Source: a virus. Taken from it: a stretch of DNA of 64,000 bases. The stretch lies in the IMG/VR virus record IMGVR_UViG_3300027782_000054, positions 31,175-95,174 of that record; one strand, written 5' to 3'. The notes under the pieces were generated by a model. It had not been told where the DNA came from. It saw nothing but the letters and a program-made list of their open reading frames with translations, and did no database searches. A program made the translations under genes and the position numbers. Every line of letters starts with the position of its first letter. The first letter of the stretch is position 1. Shown one piece after another: positions 57,988-64,000 of this stretch.

Positions 57988-58182
57988 ATGTATCCCTATG
58001 TTGGCCCTGGTATAGTGTATCCCTGGATGACAGGCATCACAGAAGAAGATCAAAAAGGCACAATCTTTAAAGGCACATTACATTCTGCTCAGGGTCATTC
58101 TTACACATGGCGAGCAAACCGTCGCTATGCTATGCTCAAGAAGCAGATCGACAAGATGAACGCAAAGCCCAAGAAGAAGTAA
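57988..58182 (+). CDS. Hypothetical protein
   Basis: GAGGA SD; 64 aa. Confidence 0.5.
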   Translation: MYPYVGPGIVYPWMTGITEEDQKGTIFKGTLHSAQGHSYTWRANRRYAMLKKQIDKMNAKPKKK

Positions 58183-58194
58183 AGGAGCTTTATA

Positions 58195-58491
58195 ATGTTC
58201 GCAATCACAAATAATAAAGGCTTCCATATCACTTTTGACAATGGATGGACTGTATCTGTACAGTTTGGTTGGGGCAACTACTGCGACCATCATGGCAAGC
58301 CTTATGATTTTGATAATTTGACTGGTTATTATGGAGATAGCTCTACTGCTGAAATTGCAGCATGGGATACAAACGATGTTTGGCATGAATTTGATCTTGA
58401 TATTGTCAAGGGCTACGTCAAGCCTAACGATGTGCTAGACTTCATGAACATGATCGCCGCCAAGGATACTGTCACTACAGAGGAGAACTAA
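58195..58491 (+). CDS. Conserved phage hypothetical protein
   Basis: F.NGWTVSVQFG.GNYC...AEIA pattern. Confidence 0.7.
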   Translation: MFAITNNKGFHITFDNGWTVSVQFGWGNYCDHHGKPYDFDNLTGYYGDSSTAEIAAWDTNDVWHEFDLDIVKGYVKPNDVLDFMNMIAAKDTVTTEEN

Positions 58492-58493
58492 TT

Positions 58494-58928
58494 ATGCTGC
58501 CAGCAGGTACATATTACATTGGTGATCTTTGTTATGTCATGGATAACGAGTGGGATGATGTTTGTAGTAAGATCATTGTAGACAATACTGTTGTAGAGGG
58601 TGAGTTTGTTCTAGATGATGGTAGAATTTTCGCCAACTTCTCTACTGCACATGGTGATGGTGTTTATGCTGATAATCAGGATAAAAACTACGCAGTAGAT
58701 TCTGGCAGTATTGGTTGTATCAAGATTGACGATATTCGCAATCCCAATAATGGGGATATCAAGAGGCTTGGTAATATTGTCACCTTTGATGCTCCCTTTA
58801 ATTGCCACAGCAATGGAAAGGTGATTACCTTCGGCAACAAGATTGCCATTGACACAGACCCGGCTGACGACTATGATGACTACGACCCCGATAGTGTCTA
58901 TGATGATGAGAGTGGACTGGAGTACTAA
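58494..58928 (+). CDS. Conserved phage hypothetical protein
   Basis: PAGTYYIGDLCYVM...TAHGDGVY.D...VDSGSIGCI pattern. Confidence 0.75.
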   Translation: MLPAGTYYIGDLCYVMDNEWDDVCSKIIVDNTVVEGEFVLDDGRIFANFSTAHGDGVYADNQDKNYAVDSGSIGCIKIDDIRNPNNGDIKRLGNIVTFDAPFNCHSNGKVITFGNKIAIDTDPADDYDDYDPDSVYDDESGLEY

Positions 58929-58929
58929 A

Positions 58930-59175
58930 GTGGATATTGATACAGGAAATCAGGTTATTGCCTCTTTTGATAACAAGCAGAGGGTTGTTCTGGCAATTGA
59001 TGCCCGTATAAATTCTGATGCTTCCTGCAATCAAGCTGATTCAGGATGGTGGGCATTTGACATTAGGACTGAGATCGACTACTTTGTAAGTGATGAGCTT
59101 ATCGTATATAAAAGCGATAACAATATGGAGACTTTCGATATAGCTTGTGGTACAGTAGTCGATGTGCTACTGTAA
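58930..59175 (+). CDS. Hypothetical protein
   Basis: GGAG SD before GTG. Confidence 0.45.
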   Translation: MDIDTGNQVIASFDNKQRVVLAIDARINSDASCNQADSGWWAFDIRTEIDYFVSDELIVYKSDNNMETFDIACGTVVDVLL

Positions 59176-59203
59176 AAGATGTGTTGCGATGAAGGAGGAA
59201 CGG

Positions 59204-59440
59204 ATGACCATTGAACAGATTAAAGGCCAGAAGCGCTCAGGAGCCGTTCATGGAGCGAGAAGCACCAAGGAGGTTGCTGCCTACCTTCCGTCCAACTACG
59301 AGGCCGTAGGTGAGGCTACAGGGGACGATGGTCGCCTTATCGTGTACATTACAGGAGTAGATCGCAACGGTTGGACTTTTGATGAGTATGTCACTCCCCG
59401 TCTTGCTAGTGGTATGATGTACGCAAAGGAGACTAAATGA
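59204..59440 (+). CDS. Actinophage-like hypothetical protein
   Basis: AGGAGG SD; V.AYLPSNY...G.D..GWT.D.YV.PRLASG recalled from actinophage proteins. Confidence 0.65.
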   Translation: MTIEQIKGQKRSGAVHGARSTKEVAAYLPSNYEAVGEATGDDGRLIVYITGVDRNGWTFDEYVTPRLASGMMYAKETK

Positions 59441-59802
59441 CTGTTGACGAAATATACAATCAGATCAAGGATCACTTCTCCAAGCCCGGTGCTGTCCTTG
59501 CCAAGTCAGCCCCAGATCATGGTGGAGTGTGCTACTATCGCATGGACAAAGATCCAGAGTCTGCTGCAAGGTGTGCTGTAGGCTGTCTGATCCCAGATGA
59601 TATGTATGATCCCAATTGGGAAGGCAATAGCGTCTACGATCTATTCACAGAATTTAATAATTTTGGCCCAATCCTTAATATTAAAAAAGATGATAAGTCT
59701 TTTAACTTCCTTAAAGAAGCTCAGTATGACCATGATGGTTCACACAGTGTAGACTACTTCTTGGATAAGCTAAAAGACTCATATAATCGGCACAAGGATT
59801 AA
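59437..59802 (+). CDS. Tandem paralogue A (C.YR...RCAVGCLIPDD.Y family)
   Basis: Near-identical N-terminus to the next two ORFs. Confidence 0.75.
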   Translation: MTVDEIYNQIKDHFSKPGAVLAKSAPDHGGVCYYRMDKDPESAARCAVGCLIPDDMYDPNWEGNSVYDLFTEFNNFGPILNIKKDDKSFNFLKEAQYDHDGSHSVDYFLDKLKDSYNRHKD

Positions 59803-59806
59803 CTAA

Positions 59807-60184
59807 ATGACTATCGATGAAATATACAATCAGATCAAAGAATATTTCTCTCGTCCAGATGCTGTTTTTGCCATGAAAGACAGGGGCAAAGATGGTAACT
59901 GTGTATATCGCCTTGACAATGACCCCTCTTCTCCTGTAAGATGCGTTGTAGGTTGCTTGATCCCAGATGATCTGTATAATTCTGCTTGGGAGAGGGCTGG
60001 AGTGGACGCTCTGATCAAGCATCGCCCTGATTTTGGCGCAGCCATTGGTGTTACTCAGGATAGTGAGGCTCACAAATTCCTTGCAGTAGTCCAACCGATT
60101 CATGATCGTCTTGCCCATGATGAAGCTTCTACTGTAAAAGATTTCCTTAATAGACTAGAGGAGGTATATAATGACTATCGATGA
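59807..60184 (+). CDS. Tandem paralogue B
   Basis: Same motifs as 59437. Confidence 0.75.
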   Translation: MTIDEIYNQIKEYFSRPDAVFAMKDRGKDGNCVYRLDNDPSSPVRCVVGCLIPDDLYNSAWERAGVDALIKHRPDFGAAIGVTQDSEAHKFLAVVQPIHDRLAHDEASTVKDFLNRLEEVYNDYR

Positions 60185-60524
60185 AATGTATAATCAGATG
60201 AAGGATCACTTCTCCAAGCCAGATGCTGTCCTTGGCAAAACTGGCATTAACTGCCTTTATCGCCTTGACAGCGATCCTCTCTCACCTGTAAGATGTGCCG
60301 TAGGTTGTCTCATTCCTGACGACAAGTACAACCCTGTCTGGGAAGGTCTTGGCATCAGGGACGCAATGAAAGAATCTAATATGGCTGACGTACTTGGCAT
60401 TTCTGTTGGAGATAGTAACTCTGTCGGCTTCCTTCTGGCTGCTCAAAGAGAGCATGACGACTCAACCAGCACAACCAGTTTTCTTGAGGGTCTTGAGGAT
60501 GTCTATAATAGCTGGCGGGATTAA
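60171..60524 (+). CDS. Tandem paralogue C
   Basis: Same motifs as 59437. Confidence 0.75.
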   Translation: MTIDEMYNQMKDHFSKPDAVLGKTGINCLYRLDSDPLSPVRCAVGCLIPDDKYNPVWEGLGIRDAMKESNMADVLGISVGDSNSVGFLLAAQREHDDSTSTTSFLEGLEDVYNSWRD

Positions 60525-60794
60525 GAGGACACTTCACTTTACACAAAATGAAAAAACGCCATGAGAACTTGCCCTAGAGGGCATCTTGTGGTATGATTGA
60601 GGATAGTTTGGTAGTATGTGGTAGTGTCCGAGACAAGCAATTAAAAAAGCAATCCAAAACAATCAAAAATATATATAAAGAACATGACTCAAATACGCAT
60701 GAATAAAAGAAAATCGCCACACATTCTTCAGCTAACACTATAGACAGAGAATAATACAGACAATCATCCAGACATTCGGCAGAACATAAAGATC

Positions 60795-60890
60795 TTTTTC
60801 TTAAGACCTTTTATCTTAAGGGGAATCTTTAGAGAGATTATCTTAAGAGGGAATTTCTAAAGAGATTCTTTAAAGAGATATAAAAGATAT
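60795..60890. repeat. Imperfect ~13-15 bp repeats around CTTAAG/CTAAAG-(A/G)G
   Basis: tcttaagacc, tcttaagggg, ctttagagag, tcttaagagg, tctaaagag, tttaaagag in succession. Confidence 0.55.
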
Positions 60891-60970
60891 TCAAAACATA
60901 GTCAAAACAACTCAAAACATAATCAAAACAACTCAAAACAACTCAAAACATAGTCAAAACATACAAAAAC
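60890..60970. repeat. Tandem 10-11 bp repeat TCAAAACA(AC/TAG/TAA), 7-8 copies
   Basis: Directly visible in the sequence. Confidence 0.85.
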
Positions 60971-61016
60971 TAGCCCACTTTTTTCCATTCTCAAATCTCA
61001 AACTAAAAGATAAATC

Positions 61017-61208
61017 ATGAATATATCACGCAAACAAGCCAAATTATTCCTATTTAGTATAGTATTATCTCTATACGGGATATATATCGCCTTTTCTTTA
61101 AGGCATCATATTGCAAGATGGGACCAAATAGTCTTTGCCCCTCTCCTTGTTGCCTATATAGGCATCATGATATACTTAGCCGTGTCTATTAACAGGCGTA
61201 AAGGATAA
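61017..61208 (+). CDS. Small two-TM membrane protein
   Basis: 63 aa with two hydrophobic segments and basic ends. Confidence 0.5.
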   Translation: MNISRKQAKLFLFSIVLSLYGIYIAFSLRHHIARWDQIVFAPLLVAYIGIMIYLAVSINRRKG

Positions 61209-61416
61209 TCTCTAAAGGGATTCTCTAAAGGCATTTAATCGCCCCCAAAGGACACTTGACGATTTTTCCTATAAGGAAAACTCAGGGGGCAGATAACCTT
61301 TCCAAGCCAAATCAGGTTTTCGTATTAATTCATCAGATTGGACACTTGCCTTTTTCTTAAGGCAGTTTTTGCTTTAAACAAGCCAAATTCATCTAAATCT
61401 GATAAAAAACTCCCCA

Positions 61417-61445
61417 TTGACATCACCCAGCATCAATGCTACGAT
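61417..61445 (+). promoter_or_regulatory. Promoter TTGACA-N17-TACGAT for the first tRNA pair
   Basis: 10 nt upstream of tRNA-Asn. Confidence 0.65.
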
Positions 61446-61455
61446 GATATATTAT

Positions 61456-61527
61456 TCCCCTGTAGCTCAATGGTAGAGCATTCGACTGTTAATCGAAGGG
61501 TTGCTGGTTCAAATCCAGCTGGGGGAG
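61456..61527 (+). tRNA. tRNA-Asn(GTT)
   Basis: Cloverleaf; anticodon arm TTCGA-CTGTTAA-TCGAA; TTCAAAT T-loop. Confidence 0.92.
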
Positions 61528-61528
61528 C

Positions 61529-61601
61529 TGGCCCGTAGCTCAATGGTTAGAGCAATCGACTCATAATCGATGGGTTCTCAGTTCGACTCTGAGCGGGCCA
61601 A
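61529..61601 (+). tRNA. tRNA with CAT anticodon (elongator Met or Ile2)
   Basis: TGGCCCG/CGGGCCA acceptor stem; ATCGA-CTCATAA-TCGAT; lacks initiator features. Confidence 0.9.
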
Positions 61602-61823
61602 CCTCATATGAAGATCCTTCAGCATGTTTTCTAGTATAGAGATCTGCCTTTTAGTTTGATCTTTATTGGCAGAGTAAGCTAGTTCTGACTTTCTCTTGGA
61701 GAGGTTTTGTTCCACGATCCTGATTTTGGTGAGGTTCATGTCCATGCCCCAACTATATCAGCATCGAACTAATCCGCAACTAAATCTCGTAATAGATATC
61801 CCAGGTTCCATTAGCAGGTCTAC

Positions 61824-61852
61824 TTGACAAGCGTCTGGGCTGTCTGTAAGAT
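61824..61852 (+). promoter_or_regulatory. Promoter TTGACA-N17-TAAGAT
   Basis: Consensus spacing; followed by a perfect SD and a 3-codon minigene. Confidence 0.6.
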
Positions 61853-61903
61853 AGGTAGGGCAAGGAGGTGAAGTGATGAGCCTCTGAGCCAACTACATGG
61901 CAC

Positions 61904-61932
61904 TTGACAGCAATGCGAGTCTCATGTAGAGT
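61904..61932 (+). promoter_or_regulatory. Promoter TTGACA-N17-TAGAGT
   Basis: Consensus -35 and spacing, upstream of the ncRNA candidate. Confidence 0.55.
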
Positions 61933-61934
61933 AG

Positions 61935-62253
61935 TGAGTGTTGAAGTTGTGAGCGGGGATTTCAAGAGGCCCGTCATTGCATGGATGCGATGGTTATAGA
62001 GGCAGATGCCTACTAAACGGAACACAACTGTATCACAAAGGTCTAAATCTGTATCGGCAATCACACGATGCATCCTACTTCATGTTCCTCTTACCACACT
62101 CATACGTTGTCCTAGGCCACCTCGTCCCTGAGTCTCGTAACGAACCCCTGAGTAGCGACCCGTCAATGTTGCGCGTATCATTTAGATGAGGTGTTTCCCT
62201 AAAGGAACTACCAATGAGGGGCCAGGGCTGATCCCCCTGGCTCCTTCCTTTTT
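61935..62253 (+). ncRNA. Candidate ~315-nt structured non-coding RNA
   Basis: Bounded by a promoter and a terminator; no credible ORF; nested complementary helices. Confidence 0.5.
62216..62253 (+). terminator. Rho-independent terminator
   Basis: GAGGGGCCAGGG...CCCTGGCTCCTT followed by CCTTTTT. Confidence 0.7.
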
Positions 62254-62290
62254 CATACTATCTTCATACCTAGCGTTTACAATATTTGCA

Positions 62291-62318
62291 TTGACGACTA
62301 TTGCGTATCTGATATAGT
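62291..62318 (+). promoter_or_regulatory. Promoter TTGACG-N16-TATAGT
   Basis: Near-consensus with extended -10; precedes a leader hairpin and ORF 62362. Confidence 0.6.
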
Positions 62319-62361
62319 GCTGTCATCGGGGCGAAATGATCGCTCCCCATAGAGGAGTCAT

Positions 62362-62655
62362 ATGCAGATCGCTACTTGGTACAATCTTGTTCAGAAGAAG
62401 CATGAGGCCATCGTCATCGGTCGTGGACGCCCCGTTCGTCAGGATGCACCCATCTCTGAGCGCGAGAAGTCTACCCGTGAGTTCTTCACCGGAACCAGCA
62501 AGGACGAGGCTCTCATGGCACTCGCCAACAACCACGGCATGAGCCTTGAGGATGTCAAGGCAGCTATCGCCAAGGACACCAAGGTCGTCTACAAGGGCAA
62601 GCGCGAGCATCCCAAGGGTTGGAGCCACAAGGCTGCAGAGGTTGCGGAGGTCTAG
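62362..62655 (+). CDS. Hypothetical protein (GC-rich, strongly biased codon usage)
   Basis: GAGGAG SD; own promoter. Confidence 0.7.
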   Translation: MQIATWYNLVQKKHEAIVIGRGRPVRQDAPISEREKSTREFFTGTSKDEALMALANNHGMSLEDVKAAIAKDTKVVYKGKREHPKGWSHKAAEVAEV

Positions 62656-62717
62656 ACCCTCTGCTATAGTTGGGGAGTGGGCTTAGACCCACTCCCCTCT
62701 TTCCCCAAAGGAGAATC

Positions 62718-63179
62718 ATGAGCGATACTTTTGATAAGCAGGCAGCATTCGATGGTATGACCAAGCGCGGCATCAACCGTATTGAGATTCACTTCTCTGG
62801 CGGTAATGACGAGGGTGGCATCGACTACATGCAGGCTACTGATCTTGAAGGCAACATTATCGACATTCCAGATGCTCCCTGGGTTTGTAGTTGCTATGAG
62901 AATCAGACCGTCACTCAGGGTGTCTGGCTTCCTAATCAGGCCGTGGACGCGGAGTTCCAGAATCAGAAGTTCGTTCCTCTGTCTGATCTTGATGCAGAGG
63001 TACTTGATAATATCAACTTCCGTAGTAGCTTTGAGAACATCGTCTATGGCAAGTATTACACTTTCGCTGGTGACTACTATGTTGAGGGTACCGCCATCCT
63101 TGACGTTTCCGAAAATCTTGCTAAGATCACTGCACAGGAGAGTGTTCAGGAGTGGTCTGACATTGAGGAGAGCTTCTAG
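62718..63179 (+). CDS. DUF6878-like protein
   Basis: AAAGGAG SD; I.FSGGNDEGGID motif; adjacent to a DUF6915-like gene. Confidence 0.6.
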   Translation: MSDTFDKQAAFDGMTKRGINRIEIHFSGGNDEGGIDYMQATDLEGNIIDIPDAPWVCSCYENQTVTQGVWLPNQAVDAEFQNQKFVPLSDLDAEVLDNINFRSSFENIVYGKYYTFAGDYYVEGTAILDVSENLAKITAQESVQEWSDIEESF

Positions 63180-63541
63180 TGTCTAATCCGTATCATCATG
63201 CTGTCTCTAGTGCGAAGAGGTATGGTGGAGAGCCTGAGGACTATCAGGCTCTCCATGACTGGTTCGATGCGTCTAAAGAGATGTATGCAGACTTCAGGCA
63301 CCGCGCACTACGTCATCATGCTCAGGGCATCTTTGAGTCAGAGCGCGTGTTTGGTCATACCATCCTCAATAGTGCAGGAAAGCACATCCCTACTCGTTTG
63401 ATTGGGGAGCAGCATTGTATAGAGGATTGTGGTTTCATTCCATCCATTCAGGATTGGTTTAGCAACATTGAGCCTCAGAGGTGGATGAACAGTCCTCGCA
63501 AGCTGAGTAGAGAGCTTGACAGACAGACAGAAGTAGTGTAG
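63179..63541 (+). CDS. DUF6915-like protein
   Basis: PYHHAVSSAKRYGG..EDY..LHDWFD.SK...DFRHRALRHH..GIF..E..FG...GEQH..ED.G.IP..DW. Confidence 0.8.
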   Translation: MSNPYHHAVSSAKRYGGEPEDYQALHDWFDASKEMYADFRHRALRHHAQGIFESERVFGHTILNSAGKHIPTRLIGEQHCIEDCGFIPSIQDWFSNIEPQRWMNSPRKLSRELDRQTEVV

Positions 63542-63544
63542 GAT
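63516..63544 (+). promoter_or_regulatory. Promoter TTGACA-N17-TAGGAT for the second tRNA pair
   Basis: 10 nt upstream of tRNA-Glu. Confidence 0.6.
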
Positions 63545-63554
63545 GCATGCATAA

Positions 63555-63626
63555 GCTCCTATCGTCTAGCGGCTAGGACACAGCCCTTTCAAGGCTGGAA
63601 GAAGAGTTCGATTCTCTTTAGGAGTA
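63555..63626 (+). tRNA. tRNA-Glu(TTC)
   Basis: GCTCCTA/TAGGAGT acceptor stem; CAGCC-CTTTCAA-GGCTG. Confidence 0.9.
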
Positions 63627-63629
63627 TTT

Positions 63630-63701
63630 GGGGCTATAGCTCAACGGTAGAGCAAGGGACTTTTAATCCCGAGGTTGAAGGTTCAAATCCTTCTGGCCCC
63701 A
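63630..63701 (+). tRNA. tRNA-Lys(TTT)
   Basis: GGGGCTA/TGGCCCC acceptor stem; GGGA-CTTTTAA-TCCC. Confidence 0.92.
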
Positions 63702-63736
63702 TCTGATACAATGTGTCTATCGACTAGGGAGGCAAA

Positions 63737-63919
63737 ATGCTCAAAGAGAAAATCCTCAAGGTCAATAGCCGTATTCGTTTTGTTGAAGTCTTTGATGGAA
63801 TGACAAGCGAATGGCTTGGTACTGTCACTCGCATTGCCGACAAAGATCATGTTATGGTAAAGTGGGATCTTGGACTGACAGAGAAAGTTCATATCAGTAT
63901 CATCTCCCCGATTATCTAA
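63737..63919 (+). CDS. Small SH3-like hypothetical protein
   Basis: GGGAGG SD; LGTVT.I....V.VKWD pattern. Confidence 0.55.
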   Translation: MLKEKILKVNSRIRFVEVFDGMTSEWLGTVTRIADKDHVMVKWDLGLTEKVHISIISPII

Positions 63920-63938
63920 AGATATATTGTAAAGGCAT

Positions 63939-63966
63939 TTGACATGCCTCTCCTTACTGGTATAGT
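63939..63966 (+). promoter_or_regulatory. Promoter TTGACA-N16-TATAGT
   Basis: Near-consensus with extended -10. Confidence 0.6.
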
Positions 63967-64000
63967 AAGGGCATAGGCATTCCACTCTTAGGAAGGCAGG

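Noticed and set aside
60890-60970. CRISPR array
   Set aside because: Units are 10-11 bp with no unique spacers, and no cas genes are present.
61338-61538. ORFs overlapping tRNA genes (also 63683-63985 minus)
   Set aside because: They overlap well-formed tRNAs and promoters, so they are spurious.
61935-62253. tmRNA or RNase P RNA; ORFs 61977-62189 (+) and 61780-62073 (-)
   Set aside because: No tRNA-like ends or T-loop/CCA and no RNase P P4 motif; the ORFs lack an SD and protein-like composition.

Overview
A 64-kb segment of a large, fairly AT-rich tailed-phage genome. The host is probably actinobacterial, inferred from many leaderless starts and actinophage-like gene families. Almost all genes are on the + strand. 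Order: (i) C-terminus of a probable portal protein and a nucleotide-metabolism block (DnaQ-like exonuclease, dNMP kinase, HAD nucleotidase, IMPDH/GMP reductase, ThyX). (ii) A ~30-kb virion appendage locus with two Gly-X-Thr collagen-like fibres, an array of eight paralogous ~250-aa proteins with conserved bases and divergent C-termini, two small adaptor-like paralogues, a 3631-aa basic repeat protein and a tail-collar protein. (iii) A 10-gene glycan operon (glycosyltransferases, Gmd, sugar C-methyltransferase, O-methyltransferases) plus a GT4 embedded among the fibre genes. (iv) Thymidine kinase, a 1165-aa polyvalent protein and a PA14 membrane protein pair. (v) Many small early-type genes, a repeat-rich non-coding region, four tRNAs and a ~315-nt structured ncRNA candidate. 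The best candidate for a new system is a phage-encoded glycosylated collagen-fibre coat (BclA/Mimivirus-like) carrying a swappable repertoire of tip proteins. All functional calls come from motif recognition by eye; no database search was run.
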